DNA of 64,000 nucleotides from Elsinoe ampelina. Lineage: Eukaryota. The stretch's first letter is position 1; each line of letters begins with the position of its first letter. The stretch covers positions 230,578 to 294,577 of the forward strand of contig ML992513.1 in assembly GCA_010093995.1 (NCBI GenBank), written 5' to 3'. Below the pieces are notes generated by a model. The model had not been told where the DNA came from. It ran no database searches and was given only the letters and a program-made list of their open reading frames with translations. The position numbers and the translations under genes were made by a program. Positions 12,580 to 24,464 of the stretch are shown piece by piece.

Positions 12580-14999
12580 ATGGCCTCTTCAGAGCTACCC
12601 TCACGCACTGCTAAGGCTGGCGCGGATGAGCCCGAGGTCGCTTCCGTGGGCAAGGAACTGGCATTCGCCAGCGACGAGGACGATGAAGCGCCCAAGTACT
12701 CAACGGGCGAGAAAATCGCCGAAATAGACAACAAGGGTGGAGAGGGCGACGACGAAGTCGAATATGTCAAGGGTCACGCTGTCATCAACGACGGTAGGCT
12801 GACCATATCGAATTGTCCATTCAAGCATTCTGACATGCTGCAGGGAAGGACGTCTCTCGCTTCCTGATATCAGCCAGGGATGATGGAGACCCTGCTTTCA
12901 CATTTCGATCCCTCCTGCTGGGCACTGCTTTCACTGCCTTATCGTCGGTCATCACTATGCTCTACGTGTTCAAGCCGCTTCAGATGCAGGTTTCGGCTGT
13001 CTTCATCCAATGTGAGTAACAAGGACATCCACATTAACAGATGAGGAACATATTTTGACACTCCATAGTGCTTGTCTTCGTCCTTGGAGAAGCATGGGCA
13101 CGAGCGACTCCGCGACCGGATCGTATCCACTGGCGCCCAGCTCAGGTCGTGCTCAGATTCCTCAACTCTGGTCAGCCCTTTGGTATCAAGGAGCATGTAG
13201 TGGCATCACTCATTGCTTCCTCCGGCAACAATGGACTGGCAGGGGTTGAGATCTACGCTGTCGAGCGACTCTTTTACAACAAGGCTGTCTCGGCCAGCAC
13301 CGCCGTCTTGGGCACATTCTCGATCTCTCTCTGCGGCTTCGTACTTGCTGGTATCCTTCGACCACTCATCGTCTACCCAGCCGAGATGGTCTACTGGTCA
13401 ACATTGCCACAAGTCATTCTGTTTCAGAAGCTACACTTTGACAGAAAGGAGAATCGAGATCGCCTACTAAAGTTCCTGTACGCACTTGTTCTCGCGGCGA
13501 TCTGGGAATTCTTCCCAGCATATATCGTGACATGGTTTGGAGGCATATCGATTGTCTGCCTTGCAACGATCAAGGCAAACGAAGATACTCGGACTGTTAT
13601 TTCAACCATCTTCGGCGGAGCATCGTCGAACGAGGGTCTTGGTATTTTGAACTTCTCTCTGGACTGGCAATATATCCAGAGCACGTATCTCTCACTGCCA
13701 CTCAAGCAGCAATTGAACTCGTGGATCGGATATGTCATCTTCTATATTGCTATGAGTGGGTTGTACTACAGCAATACTTGGTCGGCGAAGGACTTTCCAT
13801 TCATGTCAACATCGCTATTCCAAAGCAACGGAACGAGACTTGCCACGACCTCACTTCTGGACTCCAATGGACTCATCGACTACCAGAAGCTGGAGCGGGT
13901 TGGTCTCCCACACCTCACCTCCGCTACTGCTTGGGGCTATCTGACTCAAACTCTGGCCATCGGCGCACTGATCACTCATGTCATCCTCTTCTTTGGTAAA
14001 GACATGTTACTTGCATGGAAGCAGGCGCGTGCACGAACCCAGCCAGATCCTCACTACCAGGGTATGCTACGCTACAGAGAGGTCCCTTCATGGTGGTATA
14101 TTGCTGTCTTCATCCTCTGCTTCTTCGCTGGCCTCATCGTCAACATCAAAGGCGAGACAACAATGCCAGTCTGGGGCTACATCATCGCCCTTATCCTCGG
14201 CGCCTTCATTGCTCCCTTCTCCTGCATCTTGTACGGTCTCTACGGCACTAGCGTCGGCACGAACGCTTTGTCGAAGATGATAGGAGGTGCAGTCCATCCT
14301 GGACGGCCCATCGCCAATCTCTACTTCGCGGCCTGGTCTCACCAAGTCATTCTCCTCGCCGTCAACCTAGCGAATTGGCTCAAGGTAGGACAGTACACCA
14401 AAATTCCTCCTCGGGTCATGTTCGTCACGCAGGTCTACGCCTCGCTCCTCGGTGCTGCGCTCAATTACACTGTCATGACCATCATCGTTACCAATCAACG
14501 AGAGATCCTCCTCGATCCAAAGGGCAACAATGTCTGGTCTGGCTCGACGGTGCAGTCACTCAACTCCCAAGCTGTTACGTGGGCGCTGGCTAAAGAGATC
14601 TACGGCGCCGGCGGACGCTACCTCATCGTCCCTCTCGGCCTTGTAATTGGCATGGCCTTTCCAGTTGTCCACTGGGGCCTGATCAAGTTCATCCCCAGCC
14701 TGAAGAAATTCCCGATCAACACTGCCATCATCGCATCGTACGCTGGACAGATGTACTTTGGTACTACTTCATGGATTTGGTCATCGATCGCCGTCGGCGT
14801 CTTCTCCCAGGTCTGGCTGAGGAGACGTAGGCCGGGGATCTACAACAAGTACAACTATCTCATCGGTGCGGCGCTGGATGGTGGATCGCAGATTGTCATC
14901 TTCTTATTGTCGTTTGCTGTCTTTGGGGCAAGTGGGAAGGAGAGACCGTTCCCGACGTGGTGGGGGACGCCTGAGGGGAACCCGGATCATTGCTTGTAA
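12580..14999 (+). CDS. OPT-family oligopeptide transporter
   Basis: Exons ~12580-12794, 12844-13011 and 13069-14999. RDDGDPAFTFRS, PFGIKEH, GRPIANLYF, LKVGQYTKIPPR and KYNYLIGAALDGG motifs; many TM helices. Confidence 0.93.
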
Positions 15000-15349
15000 G
15001 CCTACTCATGACTGAAACTGGTTATTGCAGTTCTAGCTTGAGGCGGCCCAGATGTTCTGGTCAGGGAACGGGGAATGGTGGTGCTCAGTGATCTCCTTAC
15101 AACAGTCAAGACGGAATGATTCAAATGGTTTGGATGGTCATCTGATCGCAGCGGGAGACAATGCAATATCTATACTTCTCCTTGATTCAGTCACCCTCAG
15201 TCAACGTGATCAATACCTCTCCTTTTTCCCAATGCACCTCTATGACCCCGCTCGAGCACACATCCCGAGCTCCAACCCCTCCTTCATTCCTCCCACCTTC
15301 ACCACCAGACCTCTTCATCCCCTCTACTCATCCCCCTTCTACCTTCACA

Positions 15350-16355
15350 ATGTCCCAAAACGTCCACCTCCCCCACCTCCGCGAAGCCAAACCCCCATCC
15401 TCCACCCCTCGCACTCCCATCCCCGACCTCTTCCTCCTCAAGGACAGAACAATCATAAGTCCGTCTCCCCTCTCTTCCCCCCTCTCTCCCATCCCTTTCC
15501 TTCCTTCTCCCCTTGCTCATCCCCAAAGTCACCGGCGCCGCCGGCTTCCTGGGCTCCACCCTCGCCACCGCCACGCTGCAAAGCGGCGCCGACGTCATCG
15601 CCCTGGACATCCTGCCCGCGCCGCCTGCCAGCTCGTGGGATGGGGTCGGAGCCGCAGCGGACGCGCACGGGGGCAAGGTGGAGTACGTGCAATGCGACAC
15701 CACCGACGAGGGAAAGGTCAAGGCGGCGTTCGAGGCTTTTGTCCCCTCGCTGCGATGGCCGATACGAGGGCTGGTGGCGTGCGCGGGGATATCAGACAAT
15801 GGGCCTGCGATGGAGTTTGATGCTAGGAGAATCAGGAGGTTGTTGGACGTAAATGTCACGGGGACGTTTCTCGTTGCGCAGGCCGTGGCGAGGGAGACGA
15901 CGCGTGTAGGGGTTGGGGGGAGTATGGTGCTTGTGGCGAGTATGAGTGGGTATGTGGCGAACAAGGTATGTATAGTGTTTCTTAAAGGTGTCACTTGGGG
16001 GAACATAGGAGTGGGAATGGTACTGATGCGAGCAGGGTGTGGATACAGCTGATATAACTCATCCAAGGCGGCGGTGCAGCAGCTCGCGAGATCGCTGGCG
16101 GCCGAGTGGGGATCGAGGAAGGGGGTGCCGCTGATTAGAGTCAATTCATTGTCGCCTGGGTATATCAGGACTGTGGCGACAGCGGAGGCGTTGGAGAAGC
16201 CTGGCATGGAGGAGCAGTGGGTTGGGGATAACATGCTGTATAGGTTAAGTACGGCGGACGAGTTTAGGGCGCCGGTACTGTTCATGCTGGGCGATGGGAG
16301 CAGCTTCATGACTGGAGCGGACCTGAGGGTTGATGGTGGCCACTGTGCCTGGTAG
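15350..16355 (+). CDS. Short-chain dehydrogenase/reductase (polyol dehydrogenase-like)
   Basis: VTGAAGFLG Rossmann motif, NVTG, ASMSG, YNSSKAA (YxxxK) and IRVNSLSPGYI. Two introns (~15459-15528 and ~15966-16034). Confidence 0.9.
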
Positions 16356-16414
16356 TCATATGCAGGCTGGGGGACCTGCCGATCGGGGGTGTGAGAGGTA
16401 CAGATGGCTCTTGA

Positions 16415-17571
16415 TTATGAATCGTCAATGATGGTCATGCTAGCAGACATCAGCTGTAAACGAAGTGCTTGTACCGATTGGTGTTCTCGCATAACCGGCT
16501 CACACTCCAGGAAGACATTCAGGTGGCGTGACAGGGCCTGATAGTCAGCGTCGAATGACCTCAGTTCCCGATCGACATACTCCTGGTTGATCCTTGCGTT
16601 CGATAACGACATCTCGAAGATTTGCCGCTCACGGGAAGTTTGCAGCATACTCGCAAGCCTGACAGCTGTGATAGAACCACCATCTAGTTCTCTCATGGCA
16701 TCCTCCAGATACCTTCTATCGTCCGCGAAGTCCTCGTGCTCTTCGCAGCCATCGTTGAGCCATCCTGGAACGTTGGCGATAAAAAGAGGATGTTGCACGG
16801 CGGCAGCGGCTGGGACGACTCGAGCTGTATCCCAGTCAATGATACTTGTGGAAGGTCAGAACAATACACATCAAGCCAGGCAGTGAGCTTCACCCTTGGA
16901 TATTACCACCATCGACAATCACGTTCCAAGCATTCATGTCACCATGTCGTACAAGACTCCAGTGATCCTCCTGACCATGTGCAACATCAGAGACCATGTT
17001 ACGTCTTATCAGGAAGTGTAAAGGGTCGCCCCAACGTCCGTTGGTCTGAATCAAAGATCGCTTCAAGCCTTTATCGACCTGATCATACAGCCAGTCAGAG
17101 TAGCTGGGTCCCTGATCTGGGAGCTGTGTCAGAGCCAATGAAATCAGAAGATACCATTGAGGGTTCACCTTCATTATCCATCTCGGTTGTCCACAATGTA
17201 AACATGAAGTGAGCAAGACCATCGAGAAGTCTGCGTCGTTGTGCCAGCGTAAGAAGCCTCTTCGACCAGTGACCCAACGGTGATCCTGAGACGTAGTCTA
17301 AGAGTAAATACTCAACGTGCACTTTATGAACTGTAGGAGCCGCTAGTACAGGATTCTGGACCCGGATGCTTTGTAAGAGCTTGTACCCTCGACAAGCGAG
17401 TCTGCCAGCCTCAGCATCTACAGCTATGCGTACGCAAGCTTCTTTGCCAGAGTCAGATTGCATTCGATATATCTTGTTGGAATGACCTCGCATCAGCTCT
17501 CCAACGACGATCCAGGGCTCGCCAAAGATGGACGATGCCTCTGACAAGGCTGTCTGCAGCAGGCCAGCCAT
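16415..17571 (-). CDS. Aminoglycoside-phosphotransferase-like (APH/kinase-like) protein
   Basis: Three ORF pieces joined by two GT-AG introns give GHSNKIY, LLLDYVSG, RHGDMNAWNVIV and IIDWD motifs. Confidence 0.75.
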
Positions 17572-17853
17572 GTGATCATGGATCGCCGGTGTCGTACCAG
17601 GATGGACATCGTGAGTGAGGCGAAGCCATGAAGTAGCCGTGCGGCACAGTTCTAGCGGGGTAATACGAATGATTGGCTGCATTGGTGTTGCTAGGAAGGA
17701 TCTGAACCGGAATCTGGGCGTTGAGGTGAACCGCGTCAATCGTTCATCCTTGGTTGTAGCTATTGCTGGCAATCCCGTCCTTCGTCTTGGTGCCTTTGTC
17801 GGTGAGAGGGACGAGTCACTCCCTTGAGCCAAGAAGTTGTACAAGTTCACAGT

Positions 17854-19501
17854 CTAGCATTCCTCGAAGACCAGGAGGGCTTTGAAGTCCTTGGGTCTCG
17901 ATGCAACGACCTGGTCGTCCATCTCCATTTCGGTTGGCATCTCTGGTGGCAACGTGGTCTTGAATCGACTGTACACCTCTCTCAACAGTGTCTTCATCTC
18001 GAGCAGAGCCAAACTACTCATCATCAGTGTAATTTCCAGAGGTCTGATTGCATCCAACTTACTTCTTCCCGACACAACCTCTTCCGCCGGCAGAGAAAGT
18101 GAACATCAATCTGTTCATGTCTGGCAGTCTTTCCTTGTCGAACCACCTCTCAGGCTTGAAGGCATATGCATCTGGATAGACGTTCTCGTTGAGCAGATGC
18201 ATCGAGTAAGCACAGCAGCTAACAATGGTGTTTTCTGGAAGTGTGTAGCCGCAAATGGTTCGACCTCCTGAAGGAACTAATCGCGGGAGGCTCATGGGAA
18301 TCGGTGGGAACCGACGGAGACCTTCTTTGACGACAACATCAAGATACTCTAGACTTTCCAGCTTTGCCGTAGGATTGCTCTGTAGTTCCTGCCGAAGCTT
18401 ATCTTGAATGTGGTGGGATCGTGGTAGCGACAACTCATGCATGAGGAAGCAGAGACCGTCGCCGGTTGTCTCGATTCCTGCAGCCATGTGATCCATACAC
18501 TCGGCAGCAGCCTGTACCGTGGAGAGGGCGGGATTCTTGCTCAACTTGTGTAAGACTGCAGAGGGCCCTAGACGGGACTGCTCGACCTGGTCTAGGACAA
18601 AGCGCTGTGAGATTCCCCACGTAGAGGTCTCGAAACGACTCAAGATCTTGTGTAGCCACGGCAAATACATCTCGACCATTCGTCCTGGCAGTGATCAGTA
18701 TCAAGTCATCATCTATGTCTGCAAACCTGTACTTCTCATGTTATCGTAGTATGTCAGCTCCTCGACATACTCTCGATGCGAGGGGTTACCCAACGTATCT
18801 GTACCACCAGGATTGAAAAGCAGATGTGACACTCCGTCAATAGCATAGCAGTGGAGGATGAACTGCTTAGGGTCAGCGGTGTCCAGTAACGATTCGAGCG
18901 TTCCGACAGACATATGCATCTAGGTGGCTCCCTGCAGACGCTTTGCACTTCTCAACCACCTTCATGGCTCTCGTTGATATCCCAACCATGACTTCTGGAC
19001 GGGCGACATTTGTCATGGCGTATCGCTCCGCGAACAACTTCTTCCGTTGAGCATGCTGTCTTCCGTCAGCGGCTGTAGTCATTGCGGCATCGATAGTGAC
19101 CTACCTCTTCTCTACCAAGCATAGAAAACATGGTCCTGTGATCTGTCAGATATGAACATTCTGAAACCAAGCTCAGGCTTATCTCACCTTTGATCATACT
19201 GCTTGAACATGTCGTAGAAATCGGACTTGTCATAGCCACTGCCACCACTTTGGTAGATCTCCTTCATCCCTTCGAGATTGATGAAAGATACCTGGTCGGG
19301 TGCAAGTCTAACAACGTCTCCATACTGTTCGTGTAGACCGTGAATGTACTGTCTCCTCCGTCGCGTCCATTCGTAGTATATCAGGACCAGCCTGGTCACA
19401 TTGGCAAACCATGGACCAGGCACTCTTGTGCACCACGTCTGCCATGCTTGAAAAATATATCGACCGATGAGGGTGCCAGCGAGGAGCCACAGAGCAAGCA
19501 T
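17854..19501 (-). CDS. Cytochrome P450
   Basis: N-terminal TM and PGP; YGDVVRLAP; AGIETT (I-helix); EGLR (ExxR); PERW; FSAGGRGCVG heme motif; several introns. Confidence 0.93.
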
Positions 19502-20117
19502 GCCCGCTCTTGCAAGTCACTTAAGTACGGCTGGCAGCGAGGTCTCTTTGTGGTTAAGGAGGAACGTGGGAAGGAGAAATGAAGTCACGCGGCGTTGAGC
19601 AGAGCAGAGGGATGGTTTCAAAGTTTCGCCATCACCTTCCATTAGAGTGTACCAACGCGACATCTTTCCATTAGCGACAACTCTTCATCTCTCTATCTAG
19701 AATTTCTCTCGTAATTGGATAAGCCACATTGATTTCATGGTTGAGTACAGACCAAGCTTTCCAACAACGCAGTCCATACCGGCTCGAAGAACCTCCTCAG
19801 TCACGGTTGACCCGTTCGAAGTGATCTGAACGGCTGTCTTGATGTCCTCCAGAATGGTCTTCCAGGGCAGGTTCCGGACATGGGGTGTCATGCCAACGGT
19901 GAACCTCCTCGACCGAGCGATACACCTCCCTTCACCAGTGGGTATCCGACCTGTAGGCTTGAAGGAGGAAATCGAGCCAGGTTGGGATAGCCAGACAGGT
20001 CCGTCTAAGTGTCACCTTCTCCACCCGTTCTCCGCTGGTCCTCGAGGCAGAATGGTAAATGACCAGTCCGTGACTTCTGTCATTCTCTCATGATGCAGAG
20101 ACAGCGCCGCAAGTCAT

Positions 20118-20714
20118 TCATCCAGCGAACAGTGTATCTTCCTCTCTGAGATACTCCCCGGCATCCGCCTGCCTGTACACCACAATGCCAGTTGGTTCCA
20201 GTCTCTTGACCTCATTGCTCGCCTTACTTGTCACACCAAATCCCAAAGGCCTGTCATTCAAGTCGCACACTACCACACCGCTATGCTCCGGTACCTCCTC
20301 GCTCATTCTCCCAACATGGGCCTTCAACACATGCCCGCCATACAGGAAAGGCATCTCTCCATTCGACTTGACGTGGACCTTGTACCTCGCGTGTGGTGCA
20401 ATGACGTCCAATGCAGTGATATGCAATCTGAACTGTCCCGTCTTTGTGAACTTGCCCAAGCATGTACCGAGGGAGAGGAGGTTGGGTCGAGCGATTGAGG
20501 TCGCAAGTCCGGCTAATGAGGAGCGGACGTAGTAGACTCGGTTGTGCGAGATGCGGAACACATGTCGGTCACCCTCAGAAGAGGTCTTATTCTTCTTCGT
20601 CGTTGATGTGGGAGCAGGCGCCGTGTCTGTGAGGAGATTGTTCAAAGATCGGCCAGTGTAGTTTGCCAGCTTCTTGAAGAGCGTCTGCGTCTCAGACTCG
20701 GTGAGAGGACGCAT
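20118..20714 (-). CDS. NIP7: 60S ribosome biogenesis protein Nip7
   Basis: MRPLTESETQTLFKKLANYTG, LGTCLGKFTKTG, EMPFLYG, PUA domain, and C-terminal QADAGEYLREEDTLF. Confidence 0.96.
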   Translation of the reverse strand: MRPLTESETQTLFKKLANYTGRSLNNLLTDTAPAPTSTTKKNKTSSEGDRHVFRISHNRVYYVRSSLAGLATSIARPNLLSLGTCLGKFTKTGQFRLHITALDVIAPHARYKVHVKSNGEMPFLYGGHVLKAHVGRMSEEVPEHSGVVVCDLNDRPLGFGVTSKASNEVKRLEPTGIVVYRQADAGEYLREEDTLFAG

Positions 20715-20989
20715 GCTTAGCGGCGGATACCTGAAGCGCTTATCTTCGTCTCGAGATGTGCGGGATGCTCGATCTAGCTATTCAATTGAGACCTGTAGAT
20801 GTTGTCGAAACAAGATGGTGGACCTAATGTGGACGCCGAATAATTTGGCTCAGCATAAGAGAGAGCCCCGCAAAAATTTGGAGATGCGGCAGAAAAGTAT
20901 AGGCGGTGAGCGGCGACGATACCTCGTTCTCAAGGTCACCGGCGAGGTTGTTTGTCCTAGTTTCGGGTTGCATATATTCCTCTCACCAA

Positions 20990-23002
20990 ATGTCACGATT
21001 ACCAGCGCCGAAGCGGAGGCGTTTGAGCCCGCCGGAGAATGAAACAGCAGCTGTCACGAAAAAGTTCTATCAGAATGCCTCGAACTGGGATCTGGAAGCG
21101 AACTATGCAGAGCGATCAAGGAAGAAGAAGGGCAAGGATAAGAAGAACGACAAGCTGCCGATCAAGACTAGTGAAGGAATAGTAGAGCATGCGGAGGAGG
21201 CAGACGGCCCATCAGAAGATGAAGTCGAGGACGAGCAGGGCGAAGCAGGCGCAGATGCTGCTGCAGAGCAGGAGAAGGACCCAGAAGAGGAGGAAGAGCC
21301 AGAGGATGTGAGGCCGCTTAAGGTGCAGGTTCTGGAGGCTAAGGAAGATCTGGCGCGAATGGCTGGGTCTATCAGCGAAGATCCCGAGGAGAATATCGGC
21401 CAGCTGAAAGGACTTGCAAAAATAGCAAGCTCGAGAGTACCCACGATCAAGAAACTTGCCATGGCAACACAACTTGCTGTATTCAAAGATATCATCCCTG
21501 GCTACCGGATACGAGCTCTCTCGGATGAGGACATGAAGGCGAAGCTCTCCAAGGATGTAAAACGTCTGCGGATATTCGAACAGACTCTCGTGTCCTGCTA
21601 CCGCGAGTATGTTCGAGGACTGGCTCGGGCGATTAAAAGTGCGTCGAATAATCGAACAGAAGAAAAGGCCTCAATTGCAAGCACGGCCATGATTTGTTTA
21701 TGCACTTTGCTTGAAGCGGTCCCACATTTCAATTTTCGGAATGATCTCCTCAACACACTGGTCTTGAAGCTTTCATCTCGATCTGTGGACAAGGATTTCC
21801 ATCGGGCGAGAACGGCAATGGAGACTCTCTTCACGAACGATGAGGATGGCAATGCCTCCCTTGAGGCTGTCTCTCTGCTCACCAAGATGTTCAAGTCAAA
21901 AGACTACAATATTCACTCATCTGTACTCAACACCTTTCTATCTCTTCGCTTGCTCTCAGAATACTCGTATCGAGCGTCCATGAACAGGATCGACAAGGAA
22001 GACCCCGACGCCCCTCCGCCACCAAAGGTCAAGAAGTCGAAGCGGGAGTTCCGGACCAAGCGAGAGCGGAAAAGGCTTCGAGAAACGAAAGTGATTGAGA
22101 AGGAAATGGTTGAAGCTGATGCGGCTGTATCTCATGAGGAAAGAGAGAAGAATCAATCTGAGATGCTGAAACTCGTGTTCGTGGCATATTTTCGAATTCT
22201 GAAGAAGAGGACACCGCATTTGATGGGAGCCGTATTGGAAGGTCTGGCACGATATGCTCATTTGATCAACCAAGACTTCTTCGGCGACATCCTTGAATCA
22301 CTTCGGGATCTAATATCATGGGAAGTGGATGAGGACGAGGAGACGGAAGAGGTCGGGAATAGAAGGGACAAGAGCCGAGAAACTCTGCTCTGTACAGTGA
22401 CCGCATTTGCACTTTTGCAGGGGCAAGATACCTTCAAAGCTGCAAATGGACTTCACTTGGACCTGAGTTTTTTCACTCAGCGACTATACAACGAGGTTCT
22501 ACCGTTGTCACTAGACGGTAGCATAGAAGTCGCAGCTAAGATCACAACAGCGGAAGAGTATGGAACTGTAAAGCAGCAGGACGCGGATCCGAAGAAAAAG
22601 GAGAAGATCAACGTCCAGACACCATCTCTACTCATGCTACGAGCACTGCAAGCGCTGCTTCTACCACCCCAAAACGCCCGATCCGTACCACCCACTCTAC
22701 TGGCCGCATTCACGAAGCGGTTAATGACATCTGCATTGCACTTGCCAGAAAAGTCGACACTGGCAGTACTCGCTTTGGTCAAGCAGGTCCTGAAAGTCCA
22801 AGGCGGCAAGATCTCCGGACTTTGGTATTCAGAGGAGCGAAAGGGCGATGGCGTCTTTGATATGGAGCGAGAAGAGCCAACAAGCTCCAATCCCTTTGCT
22901 GGCAACGTGTGGGAAGGCGAGTTGCTCAAGCTTCACTGGAGCGAAAAGGTGAAGGAGGCTGCAAAGGATATAGAGAGAGAGGTCGTCAGTAGACGGAAAT
23001 AG
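20990..23002 (+). CDS. NOC3: Nucleolar complex protein Noc3
   Basis: KLPIKT, VFKDIIPGYRIR, PHFNFR and LEGLARYAHLINQDFFGD motifs; CBF/Mak21-type C-terminus. ATG at 20990. Confidence 0.93.
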   Translation: MSRLPAPKRRRLSPPENETAAVTKKFYQNASNWDLEANYAERSRKKKGKDKKNDKLPIKTSEGIVEHAEEADGPSEDEVEDEQGEAGADAAAEQEKDPEEEEEPEDVRPLKVQVLEAKEDLARMAGSISEDPEENIGQLKGLAKIASSRVPTIKKLAMATQLAVFKDIIPGYRIRALSDEDMKAKLSKDVKRLRIFEQTLVSCYREYVRGLARAIKSASNNRTEEKASIASTAMICLCTLLEAVPHFNFRNDLLNTLVLKLSSRSVDKDFHRARTAMETLFTNDEDGNASLEAVSLLTKMFKSKDYNIHSSVLNTFLSLRLLSEYSYRASMNRIDKEDPDAPPPPKVKKSKREFRTKRERKRLRETKVIEKEMVEADAAVSHEEREKNQSEMLKLVFVAYFRILKKRTPHLMGAVLEGLARYAHLINQDFFGDILESLRDLISWEVDEDEETEEVGNRRDKSRETLLCTVTAFALLQGQDTFKAANGLHLDLSFFTQRLYNEVLPLSLDGSIEVAAKITTAEEYGTVKQQDADPKKKEKINVQTPSLLMLRALQALLLPPQNARSVPPTLLAAFTKRLMTSALHLPEKSTLAVLALVKQVLKVQGGKISGLWYSEERKGDGVFDMEREEPTSSNPFAGNVWEGELLKLHWSEKVKEAAKDIEREVVSRRK

Positions 23003-23783
23003 GATACCCTCTGATGTCCACATTTTCAGCAAGAAACCATCGACCTTTAAGCATGTGAAGGTTTTCCGGACCGTTGAACGAACGCCTGTTCGCTGATCTC
23101 CCGCCACACCAATTCCTCTTTGGGAGTATGCAGAAGACATGGTCACTTGCGCATTTCACATTTTTGTGCTCCGATGTGCTTACATCACGGACATTCATTC
23201 CGCTCACAGATTCTGACGCATTGATTTGGAGGCTTCCCGAGCATGATCACTCGATGCGAGCTTGCACAGACATCCTCACAGCGTACCTCGGATGCTCACG
23301 GAAGATCCTCCTTAATCCAAAGCCAATACACTACCATCTCTTTACAAATCAGATTCATACGATCATGTGAATACGATCAATCACTATGCATTCCGCTAAT
23401 CGCAGCGATGACATATGCTCACTACCCTCCATTCGGCCAAAGCTTTCAACCCCTCTCAGCGTGGGCAGCAGGTAGGATATAACGGCGATATGCCCTAGTC
23501 ACCGGTCGATATACCGGCCACACACAAGCACCAGTGCGGCTCGCTCAGTGTTCTGCAGTGGACCAGAACGTCCCCAACGGCTCGAGCGCTTGATTTTGCA
23601 AGTGGGAATATCGATTTCTCTTGGACCTCGCCGATTCGTATGCTGGGGCTGGGATATTGAATTTTGATACCAGAGGACATACAAGAAGCCATGGAGGCGA
23701 TCGTCGTGACAGCACCGTCAATTATTTCGAACTCTTCTGATATTTCTGGATCATCACAGACACTCTCGCTGGACAAGAAGAGA

Positions 23784-24392
23784 ATGGAAAGCCAAAGGAT
23801 GCCGTCTTCATCTCTCCTCGCCTTGCTATATCCGTTGCCACATATTCTTCTAACGATATACCTGGTCCCTCTTCTGCCGTACCCTTCGCTGACGCTGGCG
23901 CTGTCGGCATATGCGGCGCTCTCGCTGTTCGCCTCGATGCTGGGACTCTTCGGGCTACGACTCCGCTCGCCAACGTTCCTGTTCATCTTCTCCCACCATC
24001 TGATGCTGGATGTTTTCCTTTCACTCGTCCCACAACTCACGCTCCTGGCTGTCTTCCACGACTTTGCCGCCGGTGGCGACGTTTGCCCTACAGTCTACGA
24101 CGGCATGAAGAGCTACGGCAAGTTCAGAGTTCCGAGCTCGGAAGTGCCGTTTGCTGGTCTGGGCAAGTTGATCGGTCTTGGCGAGACGAACTGGTGCCAG
24201 CTTGGATTGCAGGCCACCCAAGCTGTCGCGGCGACGCTGATCGTTTTTGGAGGGGTCGCGCAGTGGAGAGCGGCTTTGGGTGTGCGGCGACTGGCGATCT
24301 GGTACGAGATGACCGAGAAAGTGGCTGCCGAGGAAGAGGAGGCGGAATGTGGCGAAAAGGAGGGTCTGCTGAGCAATGTGGAAGAGAAGTGA
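23784..24392 (+). CDS. Hypothetical multi-pass membrane protein
   Basis: About four hydrophobic segments with a Cys-containing loop before the last one. Start codon uncertain. Confidence 0.6.
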   Translation: MESQRMPSSSLLALLYPLPHILLTIYLVPLLPYPSLTLALSAYAALSLFASMLGLFGLRLRSPTFLFIFSHHLMLDVFLSLVPQLTLLAVFHDFAAGGDVCPTVYDGMKSYGKFRVPSSEVPFAGLGKLIGLGETNWCQLGLQATQAVAATLIVFGGVAQWRAALGVRRLAIWYEMTEKVAAEEEEAECGEKEGLLSNVEEK

Positions 24393-24464
24393 AAGCCGCT
24401 GTCCAGGACTGATCATCAACCGTCCTTCTCGACCGCAGCTCACAGCTCATTGCGAGGAAAATAC

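Noticed and set aside
15299..16309. 336-aa antisense ORF over the SDR
   Set aside because: It mirrors the SDR frame, crosses an intron and has no motif. It is explained by codon bias and skew.
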